A stretch of 64,000 bases of DNA, taken from the NCBI GenBank assembly GCA_040285825.1, contig JAUPSS010000007.1:143156-207155 (forward strand), given 5' to 3'. Each line of letters begins with the position of its first letter. Within the stretch, counting starts at the first letter, position 1. Source of the stretch: Eukaryota sp. TZLM1-RC (Eukaryota > Protista > Metamonada: BaSk clade). Under the pieces are notes generated by a model that worked only from the letters and a program-made list of their open reading frames with translations, searched no databases and was not told the DNA's origin. A program made the translations under genes and the position numbers. This document shows positions 34,044 through 45,809 of this stretch, in pieces.

Positions 34044-35756
34044 ATGCATTCAACAAGTTCCACATCAATTGGTAGCAAGCCTCTCTTACTTGAATACGTT
34101 CCCAAACTCCACTCTTTTCCTACTGGAGGTGTTCTCCTCATCACTTTCTCTGGTTCTGTCAACTTTCTCCCTCTCGATGATATTGACGACAGTTGCGAAG
34201 ACGTTCACCAAATCAGTAACTTCTCTGTTTGTTCCTTTGCCATTGAACACCAACCTCATCATAACATAGCCTCTATCCCATTATGTTCATTTCCTCCTAC
34301 CAAGATTGAGTTTTGTTCAAAGTACAAACTTTTACTTGTAGTAGGAATGTCCATTGATAATGTCCCAAGCATCACAGTCTACCATCTCACCATTTCGTCC
34401 TCTCCACCTCATGCCACATCATCACATCAAACCACTAAACCCAAACCATCACTTGTTTGTATCTTTTCTGATGCGCTTTTCGCTTATGCTGACGTGGCGT
34501 TGTGTCATCACCACCCTGGCATTGCTTACCTCCTCCACTCATCACCTTCCCTTCTTCACTACCTCAACCTGCAACCCTACATCACTAACCCTAACCCTAC
34601 CATACCCTCTCCTATAGGACCTTTAATAGTAGCTGGTCCTTGTACTGGTTCATTAGGCCATGTAGTGAGAATGACGAGGTTGACTTATGTACAAGATCAA
34701 AAATATCAATTTTTGACCTACAATGATGAGTGTTGGGGGGAGTTTCAGCTATGGTCAATTGATTGCCTTGATCAATCAAATCAGCAATCAAGGTCAAGTG
34801 ATTCAATTTCTTGGTCTTGTCATTCACTCTTTCTCTTCCTACCCCATGCATCATTCCCTCTCCCTGCCCAATCGAAGCCAGACTTACTCACCAAACCTGA
34901 ACCTACCAATGATGATACCTTGCACAGAACCTATATTAGCTCTGTCCACGGCTGTATCGACAATCATGACAGTCAATCAGATCAAATAGAAGGTCAATTT
35001 GCCATGTTGATTAGAAGGGAGTTTCCAAGAAGTAAGAACAACTGTTTCGGTGTTGCATTTGGTTCTATTGGTGATGTTTTTGAAGGAGTTTGCCCCGTTA
35101 CTTTTCACAGATTCACTAGTGATCAAGCTAATTATATTACGGATTTAAAACATGCCAAGTGGACTAGGCCTTTTTTGTTGGGAAGCAAGCCTTCATTCGG
35201 GTGTTTGTTGAGGAATGAGTTGGTTGAAATGTTTCCGTTTGGTCATTGTTTGGGAAGTTTTCTGCATTTTAGTTCCACAATAGACCAATTTACCCAAATA
35301 GGAAGGTATCGACGTGTTGCCGGTCATTCTGATGGTTCAATCAGTTTGATTATAGCAATACCTCCCTGTGCTTCTTTTGATTTAACTATATTTGAAGAAG
35401 TCGTCAGTAGAATGGATTTTGAAAGCGTCACCGCTGACACGGATACACGAAATTTTCGACGTTTGGCAGGGTACGAAATTTTAGAATTTTCAGATGGTTG
35501 GGCACGTTTCACTGAAAAGAGTAGAAAGAAAGATGTAATTAGTGGTGGAAATTCTTTTTCCAGAGGTAAATGTGAAGTCTTGAAAGGTTTGAATTTAGTA
35601 TTTTGCTTTGTCTGCAAGTCAATGTTGTTGATGCCGTTGGTCTGTGATAATTGTAAAGGTAAAACCTACTGTTCTAGGGAGTGTCAGGCTTTTGATTGGA
35701 AACGTCATCAAAAGGAATGTAAACGTGATTTGATTGGCAGTAAAGGAAAGAGTTGA
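34044..35756 (+). CDS. Protein with C-terminal MYND zinc finger and beta-rich N-terminal region
   Basis: CFVC...CDNCKGKTYCSRECQAFDWKRHQKEC. The first ATG is at 34044, and TGAATAAA ends the gene. Confidence 0.9.
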   Translation: MHSTSSTSIGSKPLLLEYVPKLHSFPTGGVLLITFSGSVNFLPLDDIDDSCEDVHQISNFSVCSFAIEHQPHHNIASIPLCSFPPTKIEFCSKYKLLLVVGMSIDNVPSITVYHLTISSSPPHATSSHQTTKPKPSLVCIFSDALFAYADVALCHHHPGIAYLLHSSPSLLHYLNLQPYITNPNPTIPSPIGPLIVAGPCTGSLGHVVRMTRLTYVQDQKYQFLTYNDECWGEFQLWSIDCLDQSNQQSRSSDSISWSCHSLFLFLPHASFPLPAQSKPDLLTKPEPTNDDTLHRTYISSVHGCIDNHDSQSDQIEGQFAMLIRREFPRSKNNCFGVAFGSIGDVFEGVCPVTFHRFTSDQANYITDLKHAKWTRPFLLGSKPSFGCLLRNELVEMFPFGHCLGSFLHFSSTIDQFTQIGRYRRVAGHSDGSISLIIAIPPCASFDLTIFEEVVSRMDFESVTADTDTRNFRRLAGYEILEFSDGWARFTEKSRKKDVISGGNSFSRGKCEVLKGLNLVFCFVCKSMLLMPLVCDNCKGKTYCSRECQAFDWKRHQKECKRDLIGSKGKS

Positions 35757-37670
35757 ATAAAATTCAATTAAGATTTTTGTTATTTATTTACAACAAAGAT
35801 TTCACAGAAAATAATTTTTGAAATTTCATAAAGTGCTTGTTTTTAATATCATACTTGACCTCTCTTCCAACAAAATATATAATTAATTTGCTTAGCTCTT
35901 GATTAAGCTTACTATTAATATTACTGAGACCAACTACACAGTCTTTTGACTTGATATTTGATTTATTATATCATCAATGTACTATGATTATGTCACTCTG
36001 AACCATGTCACGAGTTGCTTCTTAATCAGAAGACTGAAAATAGGTATTGATTCTTGGTTGAAAATATAATACAAAGTTCAATGGATTAAGTCAAAATTCT
36101 TGTTGTATTTCCTTTATTTTCAGAACAACAAACAAAAAACCATTGAAATTGTGCAAAACGTTGATTTACTATTCAATTTCATCGATTTTATCCAATTCAT
36201 TGCAGATATTACGTTTATTATGTATAAATACAGAAGAACTTGCTTTTGTTATTATTTATAAATTTCATACCCAGAAAGCAACAACTCCGCGATTATTAAA
36301 AGAACAGACTGAATACTGATGTTTTTCCAGTATTTTATGTTTAAACCAGAATATTGCAATCTTGTCAATGCTGTGCAAAATGACTGATTGAATATACCGA
36401 AGCGTCAATTGAGAAATTCAATTAACCAGAAACAACAAAAACATCATTCATCTTTCATATTCATCCTTCCTTTCATAAACTGTAATACCCATAATAATCA
36501 ATAAACTCAGTAAACAGGTCAGCAAAGCTCGTATAATTAAAATTATTTAAAATAAAACTAAAATTAAAACAAACACAAAAATTGGATGCGAAATATTATA
36601 GCAACTGATTTGGATGACAAGTTGTTTATTTCGAAACACCGTTTTATCTCAATAAACATAACCATAACTAGTGAAGTTTATGCTAGCTATCCTTGTTCAT
36701 TTGCATTTACTCAATGAGGTCAAGTGGTTGGGTGCAGAGTTTTTATCAAATCAATTTATCAATCGACTCAAAAGTCCAAGAATATTGTTTTAATTTCCAC
36801 GTGGGAGGAGTTTTTGCGACAAATGGTAAAAATAATGATCCTTTTCTTTTTCAGATGATACGATTATCTTATTTTGAAAATTCCAGTAATCTACAATCTT
36901 ACATCATAAGCAATTCGTCAAAGGCTATCCACTTTTGTTTTCCTTGACACTTCATGTCTTTTTGTTATCGATATTGATGGTGTTGTTGAAAGTTTCGCAT
37001 GGATGGTGTTGGCTTATGCAATAAAAATCCCACCAAGGTAATATTTTTTTCTTTAGAATTTTTGATCAATTTGCTTGAATGTAATCCGTTGTGTATAATA
37101 GTGGTGGGGTTATTGCTTGGTGTCTTTCGAGTAGAATAACTGATTTTTACGAAGATGTTCAAGAACCAATTTGTGTTGGAGCTTTCATTGATATAGAAGG
37201 TAATTCAGTAGGTCATGACTTCCTTTTTTCCTACTACATAAGTATTGTTTGTTCCTGGGAAAACCCTTTTTGGGCAAGATTTTACACCAAATTCGGTATT
37301 AGTCAAAGTCTAGCTCAATTTTTTCAAGAAGTGTTGAATGATCATCCATATCAAAATTCAGCCGATTTTAATTCAAATCAAATCTTTGTGGTGAATAATT
37401 GCATTGGACTACTGAAACAAGCCCCCATAAAAATTAACTCTAAATTGACAAAGCTTGATGTTCACATGATGATGTGTCTTTAATGTGGGTTGATTATTGA
37501 CAAATATTGTCATTTTGCCTAATTATTGAGGTTGTTGGATGATCTACATGTGGTAGATGCTCAATAAACTGGGCACATTGATCAATAATTATGTGTCAGG
37601 AACTTGATTATTCACTTATCATGACAAAATTAGCCACTTCACTAGTGTTGCTTATTTTCCATCAATACAT

Positions 37671-39079
37671 TTTTTTTAATTTTTTATATTAAAAACCTAT
37701 AAAGCAACATCTAAAAAATCCATCTCTCCCAAAACAAAAACACTAGATGCAACTCTCTCCTAGTGAGATCCAAGAGAAAGAAAAGCATCAGAAACCAACT
37801 TCAACATATCCTTAGAAATAGAAAACACAATTCTATTTTGCCAAAACAATCTGTTGAAATTTTGTCAGTTCATTTTTTTACAATCAATTCAAAATCTGCC
37901 ACAAAATGTATAGCCGTTAGAGCAAGTGAACCAAGAAGAGAAAATACAAATGGATACAAATTGTATTTTGCATGCTGTTGGCAGGACAATTTGGACAATG
38001 GTTCATTGTATATTTTGATTTTAAAATTTTCTGCATTTGCAAGGGGATTATGAATTTCAGAATTAACAAGCCTTTCATTTGAGGCATTGCAAAGATCAAC
38101 AGACATTACATGCAATAAAATGAAGCTTCCATCTGATCCAGGTAATATTACATCACCTCTATTATTCTTATGAAAATCATCTTCAGTATCAAACAGATTT
38201 GACAACAAAGGTTCCAAAAAGGTTTCAATTCAGTGAGACTTAAACATGCAATAAAACTGGTCTCTTACAGCATCGTGAACCTTGCTTCTTAAAGTAATAA
38301 AATGTTTACAATTTAACAAATGAGTAATTGTAATTTTTCGAGAACATTTGCAAATAGAATTATGAGGTAAATTATCAGGCGAGATAAAGGAAGGAAATCT
38401 CATATTCAAAGTCAAGGCAGAATCAGTTAAGAGAGTGCCATAAACATGAGGAATTATTGTTACTGAGGCAGAAGATGTTCTATCACACATATCTTGTAAA
38501 AGATTTGCAAAGAGATAAAGATTTTGTAGAGGAAAACTTGGTTCAATGATAATCGTCCCATTAGGTATGAGTTAATTTAATTAAGTGTGCAAATTCAATA
38601 CTTTATATTTGCAAAAGCGAGATTCTTTTTCTTGGCCAAGCCAAGTCTAACATCAAAATCCAAGCTTTCAAAAATCGTTCACAATTTTTGTTGAAGCTTT
38701 TGACAGCAAAACTGCATATTAAAAAGAGATCGGTTGGGAATTTTTTGAATTGATTGGCGAAAACATTTGGTCCAAATGTGTGGTGGCAATCAATCAAGTT
38801 CACAAGATAACTCATTCAAATATGGACTGCAGCTGGGAACTAATGGATGAGAATCATCAGGAAATCTACGAGAAAATTCATAAATAAAATTTTGCCACCA
38901 CCCAAGAAAGCTGATTGACACAAAATTGATGATTTAGTAAATCCAATACCACCCAAATTTGTTGAAGAAAATAAGTGATTTTTCAACATTAATCAGCAAA
39001 AATTCTTTTCTCAATGAATTAAAAGAACGACAAAAGCTAATGCTATGGAGGGAGCACAAGATCTAAAATTGTGGGTTAT
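37671..39079 (-). mobile_element. 5'-truncated non-LTR family A insertion with A-rich tail and 9-bp TSD
   Basis: TCAATACAT at 37662-37670 and 39080-39088, and a T-run at 37671. Encodes CKC...HLLNC, HDAVRD, RGDVIL and YPFVFSLLG. Confidence 0.88.
38512..38606 (+). mobile_element. 95-bp family D 3' stub nested in family A, with 9-bp TSD
   Basis: ATTTGCAAA at 38503-38511 and 38607-38615. The insert is absent from the family A copy at ~58260. Confidence 0.85.
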
Positions 39080-39419
39080 TCAATACATAAAAAAAGTTGA
39101 TGATTTAAGATATTTTATTTCATCAACTGATTTGGTGGTATTTGATCTTGTTTTTAACAGAGTATTGGAACCAACTTTAACCCAATCTCTCGTCAGAGTG
39201 GAGTTACCAAACTTTGAGGAAATGATAGTCCACAGCGGTGTGTCTACCAATGTCATTGATCAATAATTTCCTTCTATGAAATTTTTATACAAAATCATTC
39301 TTTATTAAAATTTCTTTATTAAATATTCTTAATGAGTATATATATTGGTTAAGTAATTGAAAAAAAGGCACATCAAAGCAACTTTTTTTAGAATAATGTT
39401 TATTTATTTTTAAAACTGG

Positions 39420-39850
39420 AATAATTATTGAGACAAAAGAACCCATCTAAATTTCAATATCCTCCAAACAAGCGTCACTATAACTGAACCTACTCACAGC
39501 ATTACGTTCATATTCTACACCAATAGCTAAAAGTGACTTTGAAATCATTGTTGGAATAGATTTGAAAATGCAAAAAACAATTCTATTTAACCAGAAAGTG
39601 GAGTTCATTGTTTTACCAGACCTATTCAATAACACTTTTTTAAAATTTTCAAAAAAGTGCAAGCCTGAAGGCCCAATATTGCCAAAAAGAGAAATTGCAA
39701 ACGGCACAAACTGATATTTCACATGTTCCACTCTATCTAACTGTGCCAAAGGTTCTTCATATTTTTGTATCTTCTTTTTTCGGCGTTAGATAACGGCGAA
39801 TCAGCGGAATAGACTAAACGAGCAGCAGAATTTTTGCAAAAGTAAGTAAC
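39420..39850 (-). mobile_element. Non-LTR family B 3' remnant (RLE)
   Basis: RVEHVKYQFVPFAISLFGNIG...FWLNRIVF. Homologous to 49887-50470. Confidence 0.8.
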
Positions 39851-40063
39851 AATTACCATTGTTTTATCATTACGTGATCCTGCTTCCTTTAGTCTAGATT
39901 TTTGATGGTAATAAAGATTTGCATACACTGCTCAAAAAAGAATTTAAACTGAAAGTAATTAACATATTTATTGTTTGCAAATCTGTGATAAAATTCTTCA
40001 AGCTAGGCCCAACTAAAGACAACCATGACAACCACTACTGACACGTCACACTGACGAAGCACA

Positions 40064-41188
40064 CTAAATCTCCACATCCTTTAAAAACCGCTCTACTTCC
40101 TCTCTCTTCATCTTAATAACCACACCTCTTCCTCTTCCCACAACATCCTTCTCCTCAAGTATTCCATGTCGGAAATACTCGTTGAGCTTGTCCTGCAAAG
40201 AACTCGAATACTGTCTTAGTTCCTTTGACTTTCCCAGCTTTTCCCACGTGACAAATAGTTGTGGTGACGTGTCGTGACGTGGCATTTCGGAACTGAGAGA
40301 AAGTGACAAAACACTTCTAAATACCTTACGCGAATGAAAGTTTAAATGCTCATCAACATGGACCACGTTATCAAAACCAGCAAATGATGTGTCATGACGT
40401 GGCATTTCTTCTACTTTCCCTTCCATTCTCCGTTCTTCCTTCTCTTCCCGATGTATCGAAGGAGTGAACCTTATCCGTCGTGGATTCAGGAAGTATAGTT
40501 GAGAAGCATTGAGAGTACGTAGACCGGTGCGATCAGTGAGAGAGAAGACCAGGGAGAAGTTGCAGATGGAAACCAAGTATGAAAGGGGGGTGAGGAGAGA
40601 GCGAAAGCAGTCGTCATTGAGGTTGGTTATAGTTATTATGTAAGGTAATAATGGTTTGAAGTACTTTTTTGCTTTAAGAAAAAAATCTGAATTGAAATTG
40701 GAAACTTTTTTCAACGTTTTAGGTGCATTAGATTTGGACAATAATTTCGACAATAAATGATTGAATATATTGTTTTTTGAGTTCTTCACAATAATAGGGT
40801 CCATATAATCACAGGAAATACCTTTGCTTCTAATAAACGAGCAAAATGCTTTCAATTCCTTGTCAATAAAGATATTTGAGTCAATAAATAAAGAACATTT
40901 GCAATTGTTCAAAATACTGAGCCATTGATTAAACGTAGTTGAGTAGAACTTTGCTAGCCTTGGTAGGTTCTCTCTGTGCATGACCGGGGCAAATCGATCA
41001 CGTGTGTAAGTAGAATCTGTAGATGAAAGAGATGGGCTTGAGGAAGAAGATGATTCAAAGCCGATTCTGCCATACAGTTCTAGTTGTTGGGCTGGTGTTA
41101 GTTTGCCAATGTCTTCTGGTAAAAGAAGGCGGGGAATATGAGACTTTTGTTTTGCGAGAGAGACATTGCGGCTAAGATAAGGTCGCAT
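40064..41188 (-). CDS. ORC2: Divergent origin recognition complex subunit 2-like protein
   Basis: LAKFYSTTFNQWLSIL resembles Orc2 Y..LF.QW..L. IITITNLND...LSYLVSICNFSLVFSLTD resembles LIIHNID...LS.LA.IP.I.LIASIDH. The C-terminal winged helix LQDKLNEYFRHGIL...IKMKREEVERFL resembles L..QL.EF.DH.LI...IP....L..FL. Confidence 0.65.
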   Translation of the reverse strand: MRPYLSRNVSLAKQKSHIPRLLLPEDIGKLTPAQQLELYGRIGFESSSSSSPSLSSTDSTYTRDRFAPVMHRENLPRLAKFYSTTFNQWLSILNNCKCSLFIDSNIFIDKELKAFCSFIRSKGISCDYMDPIIVKNSKNNIFNHLLSKLLSKSNAPKTLKKVSNFNSDFFLKAKKYFKPLLPYIITITNLNDDCFRSLLTPLSYLVSICNFSLVFSLTDRTGLRTLNASQLYFLNPRRIRFTPSIHREEKEERRMEGKVEEMPRHDTSFAGFDNVVHVDEHLNFHSRKVFRSVLSLSLSSEMPRHDTSPQLFVTWEKLGKSKELRQYSSSLQDKLNEYFRHGILEEKDVVGRGRGVVIKMKREEVERFLKDVEI

Positions 41189-42303
41189 GAAGGGAAAAAA
41201 GTTGGGGTGATGGGGTCCTGAAGAGGTTCACTCAAAGTTGAAAACTTTGTTTTTTATTTGATTAGACAAGAGTATCATCTTCCTTGCCATGTTATTTTGA
41301 GTGATAATCAAGAAACTTTTTACACCGATTGGAGCTGTATCGTCGTCTATTCAAATTAAATCATTACAACAGTTTTTGTTAATTAAAACCTTCATCCTCA
41401 ATCAATTGATTTAATACGAAAAATTATGCAAACCCAAAAATTATGCCAAAAATGCAAACATGAAAACTATAAAAAACTAAGGTTCAAAGCACGATTCAAC
41501 ATTAGTGATCATTAGTTGAATGAAGGAAGATCCTCACTATTTACTGGTTCATGAGCAAGACTTCACTGAAACTCTGTTCTTTTGGACAGTATTGAGTTAA
41601 AATAACGTGGTAAAGTCTTAAAGAGCAAGAAAACAATTCTGTTCCTCTAAATAAATTGATCAACAGAACGTCCTAATAATAAAAAATATAGATCATTCAG
41701 GAAAATCAGTCCATCTCTATACGAAGTACCAAAAGTATAAATTCTAATAACAATGCAATTAATTATACAAAAAACAATATTTCTGCCACGCTTTTTATTC
41801 AAACATACAAGTAAATCTTTAATCTTAGAGTGCTTATTCCTTGCGGTATTTCTGAGAGTTGATTCAATGCCGAGAGACGGTATAGTGAATTTATTAAAAC
41901 AGTGTTTGTGCATTCGTAATGCAATAACCAAAAACACTGTCAGGTTAGAATTTGAACTATAAAGCAACCGAAAACCTTTGAAAATATTGAAACACAATAT
42001 TGGTACTGTAGATTAGACCAAAACTGGGGTCATACGAACATATAGTTTAATCTTGAACAATTGATTTAATTCACAATAGTTTTACAGCATACCTGTGCAT
42101 GACGTCATGACAAAAGGTAAAAAGTTGTCATATACAGGTTTGTTTTGCAGAAGTATGACAAATGATTGACACGATCCTGTTGACCTAAAAATCGAGCTTT
42201 CAAACTATTAGGAAGTAAAAACACAAAAACAGGCGGTGTGATTGAACCTTTATCTATACTGAAAAAATTTAAATTAAGGCAAATAATTTGCCTTTCTCTC
42301 CCA

Positions 42304-43568
42304 ATGTCCCGATCAGTTGATCCTGCACCCGTCTGTGAAGGTATATCACTTTCACCATACTGATTTCAGGCTGTAGAGAAGTCGACTCCTTCTTCTTCTG
42401 CAAGAATTGTGCCTTTTCCTTATGCAAAGACTGTACTAAATCAATTCATTCTCACAGGCTCTTCTCTCGTCATGACATCATTACTGTTGAAGAAGCGTCT
42501 CTCAACAAGCTTCAACACTGCAAGAAACATCCCAACTCAACAGTACCTGAACTAGGTTACTTTTGCGACGCCTGTGCTGAACCTGCTTGTATTGACTGTC
42601 TTCAAATTGGCTCACACAGTGACCATAGAAAATCCGTGGTCTCTATCAACGATCGTGCTGATGAATATGCCTCCTCTGCTGACAAAATGGTCGCTAAACT
42701 TGACGAAGCTCTGCTTTCTATCCCAGCTTCCAAAGTATTTGATTCAATCAAGGAGCAACAGACTAACCTCTTGAATCTCATCTATAACGAGTACCAGCGT
42801 CTGATAGAACAAGCCAAGGAAAGCAAGAAGCACAGAGTCCAACGCATCCAGGAGCGTCAGTTCTTATTATTTGATAAGGTTGATGTTTCTGAATTGGAAT
42901 CTCTTCTTAATCATGTTGAATCTGACTTTGCTAGCTTGAGGGAACAGTTTAAGAAGGCTATTACCAATATCGCTGAACTCTCTGATGAAAAAAATTCTTC
43001 AATGATCTCTGACAGAAAGGACTCTTCAATTAGCAAAAGTAATGCTTCTGGTCTTTTCTCAAACTCAACAGTGCTTTCATCTGATTGCCCTGACATTACC
43101 TCTCTTCGCTTTCCTACTTCTAAAACTCCAAGCTTGTTATTCAGAGCATCTAGAGATGGATTTGCTGCAAGTAGTTTTCATTCTAGATGTGATGGTCAGC
43201 CTAATGTTGTGGTATTGGTTAGAGCAACCAATGGAGCTGTCTTTGGAGGGTTTTCTTCTACTGCTTTTGATAGTGAGGGTGGAATTTATTATCATTCACC
43301 AGGAGCTTTTTTGTTTAGAGTCAAGAACAATAACTATCCTTCCCCTGAAAGGTTTGATTTGAATGGGAATTATGATCAGCGTGCTATTGTTCGTTCCTCA
43401 GGATGTGGACCTCGTTTTGGTGGTGGTAGTGACCTGTATCTCTGTGACAACTGCAACTCTAACAACTCTTCTTACAGTAATTGTGGCTCCACATACCATG
43501 GATCCTACCAACAACTAACCCAAGACAAACACTTCACTGTGACAGACTATGAAGTTTGGTCGATCTAA
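42304..43568 (+). CDS. Two B-box zinc fingers + coiled coil + TLDc domain protein (join 42304..42340, 42370..43568)
   Basis: Spliced start MSRSVDPAPVCEGCREVDSFFFCKNCAFSLCKDCTKSIH..H, then CKKHP...YFCDACAEPACIDC..H..H. TLDc motifs LLFRASRDGF..FHSRCDG, VFGGF, GPRFGGGSDL and DYEVW. Confidence 0.92.
42341..42369 (+). other. 29-nt GT-AG spliceosomal intron
   Basis: GTATATCACTTTCACCATACTGATTTCAG. Removing it rebuilds the CEGC zinc-ligand pair and gives a continuous frame from ATG 42304. Confidence 0.85.
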
Positions 43569-43899
43569 ACAGGGTTCACTAGTGATTTATTTGGGATAAT
43601 AAAGGTAAAATCAATTATCGCAACAATATTTAAAATACCAACAAAATACAGAATGGGGTTTAAATATCTGGCCTTAATGTTTTAAAAAAGATTTATTAAA
43701 TTTAAAGCAACTGAAATATCTAAATCAAAACCATATAGACTAATTTAAATAAACAACTATTGAAAATAAGGTCAGTGATTTCACCAACACCACCATTGAA
43801 ATTCAACGTAACCAAACTATTGGAATTTTAAAGGGTTGATTTGATTCTAAACATTCTTTGATTCTAAACATCCCAATTGCAAGTATTTGAAATGTGGGG

Positions 43900-44705
43900 A
43901 AATCACTTAATTATTCAATCAATTATGATTGAATTTTTGATCAGATCACTGATTAATCTAGTGAAAAATGGTGATGTGGTCAACTGATAAGCCTCCTTAA
44001 TTGTTGAGTTGCTACAATCGATAATGAGGTAATCCAAGGTCAAAGTTCAAAACTAACATTCCTTAGGAGATGATGGGGAAAAGGTTTGTTGATAATCAAT
44101 GTTGATTTTCCTAGTAATTGTGAATTCATGATCAAGAGTCAATCTAAGAATGACAGCACAACATCAAACTGAAGTGTAAAAGAAAACAATAATAGATGTT
44201 GAAGCACCAATCAAATCACAAATGATTGATTGGTTTCCTTCAATAGTTTCCTTTACCGAATTCAACACTTTACCGCCATATTCAACCAAAGGGACACTAA
44301 CAGTAGTTAAGCCAGTTTGAAGTTCATTGGTTTGTTTTGTAAAGATTTCCCTAGCTTTTGTGAATGAAAAAAGACCATCTTGATGGAGATAATGACTGTT
44401 GTTATCCAATCGGAAACAGATTGACCAAAACACACCCGGTTTTTGGTCTTCCAGCTGCATAGAGCCAAAAAATGTCGCTTTAGGCACTGCTATATGAGCG
44501 ATTGTGGGGAACTGAATAACTTTGAGGCAGTGTTTGCACATAGGGACCAGATGGGTAGATTGAGGTGTGGTGAATGTGAATAGTAGATCAACCGTGGGGT
44601 TTATACCAATGGTTGAGTCACTGTGGATACAAGTACGACGCCATTAATGTTGACATCAATGCAAGAAATGTGAGTGTCGATTGGGAATGTATACGAGTGT
44701 TGCAT
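43900..44705 (-). pseudogene. Possible decayed host-type gene of unknown family
   Basis: The ATG at 44705 has a C-rich upstream context like intact genes here, but the ORFs are fragmented (e.g. 44164-44541). No motif recognised. Confidence 0.3.
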
Positions 44706-44959
44706 TTGATGGGGAGAAAGGGGAGTTGAATGATTTCAGAACAAACATATACAAACAACAGTTTACCTTAATTAGTGTGAGTGCCAAATCAATATCACTC
44801 ACATTAACTTAGGTGTGGTGAAATTTGAGGATGTAATGACAATTATTTGGATCAGGTAATTTTGTCACATTTTTATGGTAATTTTTCGTTTTTATTCTGT
44901 TGTAGTAAAGTTTTTGATAAAATTTATCTATATTTTTCAGTTTTTGTCTTAATTTGTTC

Positions 44960-45390
44960 TATATTAGGAATATCGGATCATTCAATTCAAGCTTCTTTCG
45001 CTGCGACCGTGTTATCTATTCACACAGGACAATTACCAAGCCAACTGATTGCTCTGTTATTGAGAAGACCAATGAAGTTTGGAAAAAGGAATGGGAGCGC
45101 GAAAAGTTGCGAATGATTACAGACCAAAATTGGGCTGAACCTGAAATGCTCAAAAATCCTGGTAAGCAATATTTTTTAAACCTAGCAGCAACAACCATCA
45201 AAAAAGTCAACGAAATCCGAACTGAAGACGGTTTGACCTGCACAAGATTGGCCATGATTTGCTGTGGACTTGCACTAAATGTTATGGTTCGTTGGGATAT
45301 TTGCCAATTGTCGCCTGTGTGACAAGACATTGTAAAATTACACGAAGACCCCTTTGATGGTAAACCAGTAAAAAAACAGTTATATGGCTA
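44960..45390 (+). pseudogene. C-terminus of a pogo/DDE_1-like transposase
   Basis: LKNPGKQYFLNLAA...RLAMICCGLALN...WDICQLSP...PFDGKPV recalls a DDE family known from oomycete genomes. The probable N-terminus of the same family is at 62140-62540. Confidence 0.5.
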
Positions 45391-45809
45391 TAAGATCAGC
45401 AATAAATTAGTTTATAAAGCTGGTGACATTAATTCGGAGCTTTCCAAATTAATGTGAGTGACATAAATGTCGGTACACATTGTAGTTAAACAGTTGAACA
45501 GAGGCATCTGCTTAGGATTCAGTTTTCTTTGTTGAACCCAAAAGTCTTCTGCAGCAACAACAGACAAAATAAAAAACAATTCAACGCTATTAATCCAATC
45601 ACAGTGATCACAGCCAAAAAACGACGGTACTTTGTCAGATGAGTTTTTAATTAATAAGAAATATTAGGATCAAAATTATTCCTATGTTTTCAAAACCAAT
45701 TCCAACTGACGAAGTAACGTTACACCTCATTTCTCAGACAAAAATTATTCAATTCTTGTCAAATTCAAGTCAAATTGCCATACAACCAAAAACAATATTC
45801 TCAAAAGTC

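Larger units (their letters stand above)
37100..39290 (+). pseudogene. RCC1-LRR paralogue pseudogene, interrupted by retroelements at 37671-39079
   Basis: QEPICVGAFIDIEGNSVGHDF, ARFYTKFGIS and LATSLV (left part) and QSLVRVELPNFEEMIVH..TNVIDQ.FP (right part) match the 28960-31212 protein. Confidence 0.8.
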
